Positions 19,296 to 28,414 of a stretch of DNA of 64,000 nucleotides are shown piece by piece. Each line of letters begins with the position of its first letter. Within the stretch, counting starts at the first letter, position 1. The notes below the pieces were generated by a model. The model worked only from the letters and a program-made list of their open reading frames with translations, was not told the origin of the DNA and did no database searches. Both the position numbers and the translations under genes were made by a program. The stretch is from assembly GCA_902591925.1 (NCBI GenBank), contig CACJCN010000003.1, positions 145,825 to 209,824 on the forward strand, in the 5' to 3' direction. The stretch is from an uncultured SAR86 cluster bacterium. GTDB lineage: Bacteria; Pseudomonadota; Gammaproteobacteria; Magnimaribacterales; D2472.

Positions 19296-22166
19296 TTATT
19301 GACATGCTTCACAATCAGGATCGTCCAGTGAGCATGCTGTTGGAACTGGTGCAGGTGCACCTAGTTCTTTTGCTGAAGTCTGATTTACATCAGAACTTAC
19401 CGCGTTTAATTTACCCTGTTGAACTGTAGATTTTTCTGTTGATGTTGCTGCAATTGACCTTAGATAATAGGTTGTTTTCAAACCCGAATACCATGCCATT
19501 CTGTATGTTATGTCTAGTTTCTTACCATCAGCATTTCCAATATATAAATTTAATGATTGAGCTTGATCTATCCACTTTTGTCTCCTGCTGGCAGATTCAA
19601 CAATATACCTCGGCTCAACTTCAAAAGCAGTAGAAAAAAGCTTCTTGATATCTTCTGGTATTCTTGAAATTTCTGAGAGGCTTCCTTCGAAATATTTAAG
19701 GTCGTTAATCATTACATCATCCCATAAATCCAACTCTTTTAATTTTCTTACAAGATGAGGATTTACGATAGTAAATTCACCTGACAAGTTAGATTTTACA
19801 TATAAGTTTTGATATGTTGGCTCAATTGATTGTGTTACACCTGTAATATTTGAAATGGTTGCTGTTGGCGCAATTGCCATGACATTTGAGTTTCTCATCC
19901 CATCTTTTTTAACTTTTTCTCTTAAAGATTCCCAATCAAGTGTCTCAGATCTATCTACATTTAAATAATCACTTCCTCTGTTTTCTTCAAGAATATTTAA
20001 TGAATCTTTTGGAAGTATTCCCTTGCTCCATAAGGAGCCGTCAAAGCTTTCGTATGCGCCTCTTTCTTTTGCAAGCTCTGTTGAGGCATATATTGCGTTA
20101 TAACTTATTAATTCCATACTTCTATCTGCAAACTCTACTGCTTCATCGCTGCAGTATGGTATATTTTGTAAATACAGTGCGTCCTGGAAACCCATGAGGC
20201 CAAGTCCTATTGGCCTATGTTTTAAGTTTGAATTTTTAGCGGTATTAACAGAGTAATAATTAATATTTATGACGTTATCTAACATTCTTATAGCTGTAGA
20301 TACAGTTTTTTTAACTTTTTCTTCATCAAGCTTTCCATTTTTCATATGATTTGCAAGATTAACGGAGCCTAAATTACAAACAGCAATTTCATTATCTGCG
20401 CTTGTATTTAGGGTAATCTCTGTACAAAGATTTGATGAATGAACAACTCCTGAGTGCTGTTGTGGTGATCTTAGGTTGCAAGAGTCTTTAAATGTAATCC
20501 AAGGATGACCTGTTTCGAACAACATTGTAAGCATTTTTCTCCATAGCTCTTTTGCCGGAACAGATTTGAATTGATCCATCTCACCGTTTTTTGCCTTTTC
20601 TTCATATTCTTCATACTTTTCTTCAAAGGCTTTACCAATTAGATCATGCAGTTCTGGTGTTTCTCCAGGTGAAAAAAGTGTCCAGTTTTCGTCTTTTTCC
20701 ATTCTTTTCATAAATAGATCAGGCACCCAGTTTGCAGTGTTCATATCATGCGTTCTTCTTCTTTCGTCGCCAGTATTTTTTCTAAGCTCTAAAAACTCTT
20801 CAATATCCAAATGCCAAGTCTCTAGATAACCACACATGGCTCCTTTTCTTTTACCGCCTTGATTTACTGCAACGGCAGTATCATTTGCAACTTTTAAGAA
20901 GGGAACAACACCCTGACTTTTTCCATTTGTTCCTTTGATATAAGAGTTCATTGCTCTTACTGGAGTCCAATCATTACCTAAGCCTCCAGCCCATTTTGAT
21001 AATAGTGCATTATCTTTCATTGCTGAGAAAATACCATCCAAGTCATCGGGTATTGTTGTTAAATAACATGAAGACAGCTGTGGTCTTTTTGTCCCAGAGT
21101 TGAATAAAGTTGGTGTAGAACTCATGTAATCAAAGCTAGATAGCAGCTTGTAAAACTCTATAGCTCTTTCTTCTCTGTTTTCTTCTTCTAAAGCAAGCCC
21201 CATTGAAACTCTCATGAAAAACACTTGAGGTAGCTCATATCTTATGTCATTACAATGAATAAAATATCTGTCATAGAGAGTTTGAAGGCCTAAATATGTA
21301 AATTGATTATCTCTAGTAAAATCTATTGCCTTTCCAAGCTTCTCAAGGTTAAAGGTTTTTAGTTCAGGATTTAATATATCAAGCTCTATTCCTTTGTCTA
21401 TGTACGCCTTAAATGCTTTGGGATAGTTTGATTCCATTTCTTGATATGTTGATTCTTCAGCAACACCAAGAAAATTTAATGCTTCACTTCTTATTTGATC
21501 CATAAGTATTCTTGCTGTTACAAAAGAATAATTAGGTTCTTTCTCAACCTTTGTTCTTGCTGACATAACAAGACTTGTTCGCATGTCTGAAATTGACACT
21601 CCATCATATAAATTTTTTAAAGCTTCATCTAAAACCTCATTGACTGACACTTCATCTAAGTTTTCACAAGCATCACTTATTAATCCTGCAACTTTTTCCA
21701 CATCAAGAGGTACCAAGCTTCCGTCACCTTTTGTTATATTTATGCTAGGAACATCAGGTAGATCTATTTCAACCTTTTCCTTTTTTCTTTCTTGTGTTCT
21801 TTCTGCTCTATATAGTATGTAACTTTTAGCAACATCAAGTTCTTCCGACCTCATAAGCTGAAGTTCTACTTGATCTTGTATTTCTTCTATATGAAGAGTT
21901 CCACCAGAGGGCATACGTCTTTTAAAAACCTCTACAACATCATCTGTAAGTTCACCAACCTTTTTATGTATCCTTTCGCTTGCTGCTGCATTTCCGGATT
22001 CAATAGCTAGAAATGCTTTGGTTATAGCCACCTTTATTTTGTCGTCCTCAAAAGGAACAACTTTCCCATTTCTTTTTATGACTCTAAGTTTTCCTGGTGC
22101 TGTTGTCTCTATATCGCTAATAGATTGGTTAATATTTTCTTTCTGATTTTGTTGTTGAACTTCCAT
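19296..22166 (-). CDS. nrdA: Ribonucleotide reductase class Ia alpha subunit
   Basis: 956 aa with ATP-cone N-terminus, catalytic NLCTEI and a C-terminal CxxC tail (DPDCEACQ). Confidence 0.97.
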   Translation of the reverse strand: MEVQQQNQKENINQSISDIETTAPGKLRVIKRNGKVVPFEDDKIKVAITKAFLAIESGNAAASERIHKKVGELTDDVVEVFKRRMPSGGTLHIEEIQDQVELQLMRSEELDVAKSYILYRAERTQERKKEKVEIDLPDVPSINITKGDGSLVPLDVEKVAGLISDACENLDEVSVNEVLDEALKNLYDGVSISDMRTSLVMSARTKVEKEPNYSFVTARILMDQIRSEALNFLGVAEESTYQEMESNYPKAFKAYIDKGIELDILNPELKTFNLEKLGKAIDFTRDNQFTYLGLQTLYDRYFIHCNDIRYELPQVFFMRVSMGLALEEENREERAIEFYKLLSSFDYMSSTPTLFNSGTKRPQLSSCYLTTIPDDLDGIFSAMKDNALLSKWAGGLGNDWTPVRAMNSYIKGTNGKSQGVVPFLKVANDTAVAVNQGGKRKGAMCGYLETWHLDIEEFLELRKNTGDERRRTHDMNTANWVPDLFMKRMEKDENWTLFSPGETPELHDLIGKAFEEKYEEYEEKAKNGEMDQFKSVPAKELWRKMLTMLFETGHPWITFKDSCNLRSPQQHSGVVHSSNLCTEITLNTSADNEIAVCNLGSVNLANHMKNGKLDEEKVKKTVSTAIRMLDNVININYYSVNTAKNSNLKHRPIGLGLMGFQDALYLQNIPYCSDEAVEFADRSMELISYNAIYASTELAKERGAYESFDGSLWSKGILPKDSLNILEENRGSDYLNVDRSETLDWESLREKVKKDGMRNSNVMAIAPTATISNITGVTQSIEPTYQNLYVKSNLSGEFTIVNPHLVRKLKELDLWDDVMINDLKYFEGSLSEISRIPEDIKKLFSTAFEVEPRYIVESASRRQKWIDQAQSLNLYIGNADGKKLDITYRMAWYSGLKTTYYLRSIAATSTEKSTVQQGKLNAVSSDVNQTSAKELGAPAPVPTACSLDDPDCEACQ

Positions 22167-22287
22167 TTCTTCTTTATCCGCTAACCATCTTCTTTTATTA
22201 AAAGTTTTATTGTTTCTTTTATTTTGGAAAAATTTAAGTAATTCTGCAGTAACGTAAATTTATCTCCTACCAACTAACTATACTTAT

Positions 22288-22296
22288 TGTGGACAA
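22288..22296. promoter_or_regulatory. DnaA box (8/9) in the nrdA upstream region
   Basis: tgtggacaa, which is TTGTCCACA on the other strand, versus consensus TTATCCACA. Confidence 0.45.
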
Positions 22297-22312
22297 AGAA
22301 TCAAGTAAAAAA

Positions 22313-22359
22313 ACACAATATATTGTGACAATTTCTTTTTTTTACACAATATAGTGTAT
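22313..22359. promoter_or_regulatory. Tandem NrdR boxes upstream of nrdA
   Basis: acacaatatattgtga (22313-22328) and acacaatatagtgtat (22344-22359), compared with the NrdR palindrome acaCwAtATaTwGtgt. Start-to-start spacing is 31 bp, as expected for tandem boxes. Confidence 0.8.
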
Positions 22360-22398
22360 AAAAGGTGTTTTTATACTGTTGGAAATAAGTGTATAAAT

Positions 22399-22407
22399 TG
22401 TGGATAA
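22399..22407. promoter_or_regulatory. Perfect DnaA box in the nrdA/glpK intergenic region
   Basis: tgtggataa, the reverse complement of TTATCCACA. Confidence 0.55.
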
Positions 22408-22426
22408 TTAGTATTGGAGTCAAAAT

Positions 22427-23881
22427 ATGAAAAACTTTTTATCAATAGATCAAGGAACCACAAGTTCAAGATCAATAATTTTTGATGCAAATTTAAATTT
22501 AGTGATAGATGCGCAAGAAGAATATGATCTTACTTATCCTGAAGATGGCTGGGTTGAGTTAGAGCCAAAGAAAATAATAGAAACAGTTACAAATACACTT
22601 AATAAAGTTGTAAACGCTGATTTAGGTATTGAAGCGTGTGGCATTACAAATCAAAGAGAAACGACAATAGTCTGGTCAAAATCAACTGGTGAAGCAATTT
22701 ATCCTGGAATTGTCTGGCAAGATAGAAGAACACATGAATACTGCTCATATCTTAAATCAAATGGTCATGAATCAGTCATAAAAGAAAAAACAGGATTACT
22801 TCTCGATCCATATTTTTCAGCAACAAAAATTAAGTGGGTTTTAGATAATGTTGACGGAGCAAGAGAAAAGGCGAGTAAAGGTGAGTTATTGTTTGGAACT
22901 GTTGATTCATATCTTATTTATATGCTTTCTAAAGAAAAGAATCATTTCACAGATGTTACCAACGCGTCGAGAACTTTACTTTTTAATATAAAAAATATGG
23001 AATGGGATGATGAGCTATTGGAACTATTTGAAATACCGAAAAACATGATGCCTGAAGTGTTAAGTTGTGATGGTGATTTTGGTAATTTAAAAATAAATGA
23101 TTGCGAGATTCCAATTAGAGGTGTTATTGGAGATCAACAAGCGGCTCTTGTTGGTCAAGGTTGCTTTAAAAATGGTGATATGAAATCTACATATGGTACG
23201 GGTTGCTTCTTAATGATAAATACAGAAGAAAACCCCTTAAATGTTGATGAAGGTCTGCTTACAACGGTGGCATATCAATTAGATGACAAAGTTCATTATG
23301 CTATTGAAGGTAGCATTTACTCATCAGGAACTATAATTAAATGGCTCCGAGACAAAATGAAATTTTTTGAAAGCGCTGAAGATAGCGAGAAATATCTCAA
23401 TAAGAGAGGTAATAGCAATAATGTTCTTTTTTTGCCAGCTTTTAATGGTTTGGGTGCCCCTTATTGGAATTCAGATATTAGAGGAGGTTTTTATGGACTT
23501 ACTCAGGATTCCTCAATAGAAGATATGGTAACCGCTGCATTTCATTCAATTTCTTTTCAAACTAAAGAAATTACTACCATTTTGCAAGACTATGATATTC
23601 AAATAACCAATCTGTCAGTAGATGGCGGTATGGTGAAAAATAACTCATTTTGTCAACTTCTTGCAGATACTCTTAATAAAAAAATTATTCAACCAAAAAA
23701 TGTTGAATCGACTGCTATTGGCGCGTGTAAAGTTTGCATGCTTGCATCTGGATTGAGTATTAATGATTCAAAAAATGATAACGTAAATGTTTTTACACCA
23801 AATATCGTATTAACAAAAACTTATGAAAAGGCCTTTAATGATTGGAAAACATACGTTGAAAAATCGCTAACGACTAGTTGA
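22427..23881 (+). CDS. glpK: Glycerol kinase
   Basis: 484 aa with IDQGTTSSR, ITNQRETT and VWQDRRT motifs. Confidence 0.95.
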   Translation: MKNFLSIDQGTTSSRSIIFDANLNLVIDAQEEYDLTYPEDGWVELEPKKIIETVTNTLNKVVNADLGIEACGITNQRETTIVWSKSTGEAIYPGIVWQDRRTHEYCSYLKSNGHESVIKEKTGLLLDPYFSATKIKWVLDNVDGAREKASKGELLFGTVDSYLIYMLSKEKNHFTDVTNASRTLLFNIKNMEWDDELLELFEIPKNMMPEVLSCDGDFGNLKINDCEIPIRGVIGDQQAALVGQGCFKNGDMKSTYGTGCFLMINTEENPLNVDEGLLTTVAYQLDDKVHYAIEGSIYSSGTIIKWLRDKMKFFESAEDSEKYLNKRGNSNNVLFLPAFNGLGAPYWNSDIRGGFYGLTQDSSIEDMVTAAFHSISFQTKEITTILQDYDIQITNLSVDGGMVKNNSFCQLLADTLNKKIIQPKNVESTAIGACKVCMLASGLSINDSKNDNVNVFTPNIVLTKTYEKAFNDWKTYVEKSLTTS

Positions 23882-24494
23882 TTATAATTTCTTTATCTAT
23901 TTGAAAATTTTCTGTTGATTGAATGTCATGAGATATGAGTAGGCATGGTATATCATATAAGCTAATGATTTGACGAATTATTTTTTGAGCAGCAATAATA
24001 TTATCTTTATCAAGATTCGAAAATGGCTCATCCAACAGAAGAATTTTTGGTTTCATTAAAATAGCTCTCAGTAGAGCCGCTCTTTGTTGTTGACCACCAG
24101 ATAATTCATGGGGCATTTTATCTAAAAGCTCTAATAGGCCCAGTTTTGATATTAATTCATCAAAGAGTTCACTAGCTTTGGATGACATTGCATATTGAAT
24201 ATTTCTTTTAACATTTATGTGAGGGAATAATGCAAAATCTTGAAAAACATAACCAATTTCCCTTTTTTCAGTCTCTAGCGAGAAATTTTTATCATTTAGA
24301 AGAATATCATCAAGCATTATTTTGCCATTTTCAGGCAGAATAAGCCCTGCAATTATATTAAAGAGGGTGCTTTTACCAATACCACTTCTTCCTGACACGA
24401 AGCCTATTTGATTTTTTTCAACTGAGAAAGATAAATCGTGCAATAGCGAAGAATCATCATGAGAAAAAGTTAAATTATTAATGTGAATACTCAT
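23874..24494 (-). CDS. ABC transporter ATP-binding protein (orphan, no adjacent permease)
   Basis: Walker A GRSGIGKST, signature LSGGQQQR and Walker B LLLDEP. 206 aa. Confidence 0.85.
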   Translation of the reverse strand: MSIHINNLTFSHDDSSLLHDLSFSVEKNQIGFVSGRSGIGKSTLFNIIAGLILPENGKIMLDDILLNDKNFSLETEKREIGYVFQDFALFPHINVKRNIQYAMSSKASELFDELISKLGLLELLDKMPHELSGGQQQRAALLRAILMKPKILLLDEPFSNLDKDNIIAAQKIIRQIISLYDIPCLLISHDIQSTENFQIDKEIIIN

Positions 24495-24570
24495 ATGTAC
24501 AGTTAATATATGTCAATTTTGTATATAATGCTGCTATTTTTCTACTAATGTTTTAATTAATCTTATCAAA

Positions 24571-25743
24571 ATGTATACATATAAAATCTTTAATAATATT
24601 GCTCTACAAGGAATTAATTGTCTAAAAGACAATGGGTTTTTAGAAAATGAGAATGATCCAGATGCACTACTTATTAGAAGTCATAATCTTATTGATAAAG
24701 ACTTCAATCCATCACTAAAATGTATATGTCGCGCAGGGGCAGGTGTTAACCATATTCCTTTAAGTATGGCTACCGAAAAGGGTGTTGTAGTATTCAATAC
24801 TCCAGGAGGAAATGCTAATGCAGTCAAAGAACTTGTTATCTGTGGGATGTTGTTATCTTCAAGAGGCATTATTCAAGGCCACAAATTTTTACAAAATTTA
24901 GAAGAAAAAAACATTAATGATGTAAATAATCTGGTTGAATCAAATAAAAAAACTTTTAAAGGGAGTGAGTTAAAAGGTAAAACAATTGGAATAATTGGAT
25001 TAGGATCAATTGGATCTCTTTTAGCCCAATCAGTTGAGAGCATGGGAATGAAAATTATTGGATATGATCCAAATATTTCTATCGATTCTGCTTGGCAATT
25101 ACCAAAAGAAGTTGAGAAAGCAGACGATTTAAAATATCTTTTATCTAATTCTGATTACATCTCAATTCATGTTCCTTTGGTGAATGAAACAAAAAACTTA
25201 ATTGCAAAAGATAACCTTCAGCATATAAAAAAAGGAGCAAAGTTAATAAATCTATCAAGGGGAGCTATCGTAAATAACGAAGATGTTTTAGAAGCTCTAA
25301 CAAATAAAAATATCAGTTGTTTTGTAACTGATTTCCCAACACCAGAAATGATAAAAAGATCAAATGAATATGAAGATGTTATTTTAATGCCTCATCTTGG
25401 TGCGAGCACTCAAGAGGCAGAAGTTAATTGTGCAATCATGGCAGCAGAACAAGCAAATAGATTTTTAAAAGATGGAGAAATAATAAATTCTGTTAATTTT
25501 CCTAGAGTTAAACTTGGAAGGACAACAGAAAATAGGCTAGTTATAGTTCATAAAGATGAACCAGGAGTAATAGGTCGTATAACTGGAGAAATTGCTTTAG
25601 AAAATCTTAATATTGTTGATATGATTAACAAAAGTAGAAATGAAATTGCTATAACTTTAATTGATTTACAGCTAAAGCCATCAAAGAAACTAATAGATAT
25701 TATAAAAAAAATGAAAAGAGTTTTTAGTGTAAGAATTTGCTAA
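24571..25743 (+). CDS. serA: D-3-phosphoglycerate dehydrogenase / D-2-hydroxyacid dehydrogenase with C-terminal ACT-like domain
   Basis: 390 aa with NAD motif GIIGLGSIGS, catalytic R/E/H region (LSRG..., PHLGAST) and an ACT-like tail. Confidence 0.82.
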   Translation: MYTYKIFNNIALQGINCLKDNGFLENENDPDALLIRSHNLIDKDFNPSLKCICRAGAGVNHIPLSMATEKGVVVFNTPGGNANAVKELVICGMLLSSRGIIQGHKFLQNLEEKNINDVNNLVESNKKTFKGSELKGKTIGIIGLGSIGSLLAQSVESMGMKIIGYDPNISIDSAWQLPKEVEKADDLKYLLSNSDYISIHVPLVNETKNLIAKDNLQHIKKGAKLINLSRGAIVNNEDVLEALTNKNISCFVTDFPTPEMIKRSNEYEDVILMPHLGASTQEAEVNCAIMAAEQANRFLKDGEIINSVNFPRVKLGRTTENRLVIVHKDEPGVIGRITGEIALENLNIVDMINKSRNEIAITLIDLQLKPSKKLIDIIKKMKRVFSVRIC

Positions 25744-25989
25744 AAAACCTCATTTTTTATAAAAACATTTGTCTTAATATTTTTTTTTATAACTTTATTG
25801 AAAATATACTTGTCAACAGAATAAAAGAGTGTTATTAGGGACATTATATTTTAATATAAATTTTATACATATAATTTATTAAAAATGCATAAACTATTGA
25901 TATAAGGTAATTTTTATGTTTTTTGTACAAAATTTATACAACTTAGAAAAAACCCTTATTTTAAGCCACTTAATATGGTATAAGTAAAG

Positions 25990-26025
25990 TTATCCATAAC
26001 TTTATCCACAGTTTCTGTGGATAAA
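25990..26025. promoter_or_regulatory. Cluster of three DnaA boxes upstream of ung
   Basis: ttatccata (25990-25998, 8/9), ttatccaca (26002-26010, perfect) and the inverted tgtggataa (26017-26025, perfect). Spacers are 3 and 6 bp. The cluster ends 13 nt before the ung ATG. Confidence 0.7.
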
Positions 26026-26038
26026 ATTTATAGCAAAA

Positions 26039-26716
26039 ATGAACAAAAAAAACATCGATTTACATTTACAAGAACATTGGAAAAATTTATTTGAAGACAC
26101 TACATTCTCGTCACTTATTGATGCCCCAATGAAATTTGTAACTAAAGAAATTAAAAAAAATAAAACTATTTGTCCGCCTTACAATGAAATCTTTAATGCA
26201 TTCAGATACTGTTCTTTTTCAAAAACAAAAGTGGTGATATTTGGGCAAGATCCATACTTTCAAAGTGGTGTTGCAAATGGCTTAGCTTTTTCAGTTAGAC
26301 CAAATAAACCAATACCTCCGTCTTTGAAAAATATTTATAAAGAAATTGAAAACGATGTTGGTAAATCTAAAAATCGTGACGGTTGTTTAAAAAACTGGGC
26401 AAGACAGGGTGTGCTTTTACTGAACTCATCTTTGACTGTTGAAGAATCAAAACCTGGTTCACATTCTAATATTGGTTGGGAAAATTTTATTAGAGAAACT
26501 TTAAAAGTTTTGCAAAAAAAAAGTAATATAGTTTTTATTTTATGGGGGAATAATGCAAAAAAATATTTAAAATTTATTGATAGTAAACATAATTTAATTC
26601 TAATGTCTGCACATCCATCTCCATTATCTGCATATAGGGGTTTTTTTGGTTCAAAACATTTTTCAAAATGTAATAAATATTTAGAAAAACATAATTTAGA
26701 TAAAATCATTTGGTAA
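26039..26716 (+). CDS. ung: Uracil-DNA glycosylase (family 1)
   Basis: GQDPYF water-activating loop and HPSPLS motif. 225 aa. Confidence 0.95.
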   Translation: MNKKNIDLHLQEHWKNLFEDTTFSSLIDAPMKFVTKEIKKNKTICPPYNEIFNAFRYCSFSKTKVVIFGQDPYFQSGVANGLAFSVRPNKPIPPSLKNIYKEIENDVGKSKNRDGCLKNWARQGVLLLNSSLTVEESKPGSHSNIGWENFIRETLKVLQKKSNIVFILWGNNAKKYLKFIDSKHNLILMSAHPSPLSAYRGFFGSKHFSKCNKYLEKHNLDKIIW

Positions 26717-26718
26717 TT

Positions 26719-27510
26719 TTATAAAATTGAAATAATTCCAGAACTTTTCTTCACTTCCTCAAAATCATCTTTTTTTACAATTCCATTAAAAACTTTTTTA
26801 TCATCTAAATTAATAATTTTTCCAATAGATTTAATAAGATTATTTTCAACAAAATCATTATTAACTATAAAAGTACAAAATTTTCTTCTATCAATACCTA
26901 AATATTTCATCCTAGCAACAATCTCCTGCCCTCTGAAGCATCCTTTTTCAAAAGAGACCCTTTGCTTATCAAAATTTATTTCTAGCGGTCTAAACTTACC
27001 AGAATCAAATTTATCAAGATGTAAAATACCTAATATTTTGTTGGCAGCATTCCACATATCTAAATTAATAGAATTTTTGTTCTTATAATTTGACTTTTTA
27101 AGGTACAAGCTCAATTCAAACTTATCATTGGAGTAGTAATAATTATTTGAATCGCCTTTATTATTAATTTCACCAATAATCTTATGATCACAAACATAAA
27201 AGCTAACAGATCCAAATTTCGCAAAGATCTCTAACTCACTTGTAAAAATACTAATTAAATCTTTTTGAATTATTATAAAAAAGTCATTATCTTGCTTTAT
27301 GACAATAAAATCAGCCATTACCTGACCCTTGTGATCGCATATGCAAGACAATTGGGACGCGCCATTATTTAGTAGACTTATGTCAGATGTTAGCTGACCT
27401 TGAAGGAAATCTTCAACTTTATTGAGTTCCCCAATAACTTTGATAGCTTTTAAGTCGCTTATTTCAAGTGATCCAGGGGTTATAAGGTTATTATCAGCGT
27501 CTATTTTCAA
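26719..27510 (-). CDS. ygfZ: Folate-binding Fe-S cluster repair / tRNA-modifying protein YgfZ
   Basis: KGCFRGQEIVARMKYLG signature. Divergent from sdhE as in E. coli. Confidence 0.8.
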   Translation of the reverse strand: MKIDADNNLITPGSLEISDLKAIKVIGELNKVEDFLQGQLTSDISLLNNGASQLSCICDHKGQVMADFIVIKQDNDFFIIIQKDLISIFTSELEIFAKFGSVSFYVCDHKIIGEINNKGDSNNYYYSNDKFELSLYLKKSNYKNKNSINLDMWNAANKILGILHLDKFDSGKFRPLEINFDKQRVSFEKGCFRGQEIVARMKYLGIDRRKFCTFIVNNDFVENNLIKSIGKIINLDDKKVFNGIVKKDDFEEVKKSSGIISIL

Positions 27511-27543
27511 GTAAAATTATGAAATAAAATTTTATTTTAACCA

Positions 27544-27801
27544 ATGAGTAACGAAATAAACAGAATTAAATGGAAATGCAGACGAGGAATGAGAGAAATC
27601 GACTTGCTTTTAAGAGAGTTTTCAAAAAATTCTATAAAAAATCTAAGTAATAACGATATATCTCTATTTGATGAAATATTAGATTATGATGATCAAAAAC
27701 TATATGACTTTATTTTTAAGAACCAACCTATTGGCAATAAAGATCATGAAAGTTTTATTATTAAAAATTTAAAAACTTTCACGGAACAAGGAAACTTTTA
27801 G
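27544..27801 (+). CDS. sdhE: FAD assembly factor SdhE (YgfY)
   Basis: 85 aa with WKCRRGMREIDLLL (RGxxE motif). Confidence 0.82.
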   Translation: MSNEINRIKWKCRRGMREIDLLLREFSKNSIKNLSNNDISLFDEILDYDDQKLYDFIFKNQPIGNKDHESFIIKNLKTFTEQGNF

Positions 27802-27818
27802 GCAATTTACTTGTCAGA
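27791..27818 (+). promoter_or_regulatory. Putative sigma-E/AlgU-type autoregulated promoter of rpoE
   Basis: GAAACTT (27791-27797), a 16-nt spacer, then TCAGA (27814-27818), compared with GGAACTT-N16-TCAAA (E. coli) and GAACTT-N16/17-TCTGA (AlgU). Lies 20 nt upstream of the rpoE ATG, so the implied leader is very short. Confidence 0.4.
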
Positions 27819-27838
27819 AAAACAGGAAACATATTTAT

Positions 27839-28414
27839 ATGAAAGTAAATTCACGTGATATTGATTCCGAATTAATAAAAAAGGCTAAAAAAGGCAATCA
27901 TGGAGCATTTAATATTCTGATGAACAAGTATTATCCAAGAGTTTATGCTTCTATTTTTTCTTTTATTAAATCAAAAGAGGACTCTGAAGATTTGTCACAA
28001 CAAACTTTCATCAAAGTTTGGCAACAACTCGATACATTTAGAGGAGATAGTGCTTTTTTTACATGGGTTTACAGAATTGCTATCAATCTAGCCAAAAATT
28101 ATGTTACTAGCTCAGGATTTAAAAAACAAAAAATAAATACTTCAATTCAAGAGGCAGAAATAGACATTAGTTCTTTTAATGATATTGAATCCGCCGTAAT
28201 TCATAATGAGTCACTTGAGGAAATAAGTTATTTTATAGATTCATTGCCTGAATCACTAAAAACTGCATTTGTATTAAGAGAATCAGAGGGAAAGAGCTAT
28301 GAAGAAATTGCTACAATTACCGAAACACCTATTGGAACAGTTCGTTCCAGAATTTTTAGAGCTAGAGAATCAATAGTTGATTTTATAGAAAAGGAAATAA
28401 CCAATAATGGATAA
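27839..28414 (+). CDS. rpoE: ECF sigma factor RpoE/AlgU (sigma-24)
   Basis: 191 aa with region 2 (FRGDSAFFTWVYRIAIN) and region 4 (SYEEIATITETPIGTVRSRIFRAR). Confidence 0.9.
   Translation: MKVNSRDIDSELIKKAKKGNHGAFNILMNKYYPRVYASIFSFIKSKEDSEDLSQQTFIKVWQQLDTFRGDSAFFTWVYRIAINLAKNYVTSSGFKKQKINTSIQEAEIDISSFNDIESAVIHNESLEEISYFIDSLPESLKTAFVLRESEGKSYEEIATITETPIGTVRSRIFRARESIVDFIEKEITNNG

Noticed and set aside
25744-26038. Possible chromosomal origin (oriC): an AT-rich 295-bp spacer with three strong DnaA boxes and weaker box-like sites.
   Set aside because: Highly expressed operons on both sides (groESL, rpsP operon, rpoE-lepA block, secDF) are all on the plus strand rather than diverging from this point. 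There are no GATC sites or recognisable 13-mer-type unwinding repeats, and the flanking genes (serA, ung) are not typical origin neighbours. It is kept as a DnaA-box cluster finding, not as oriC.
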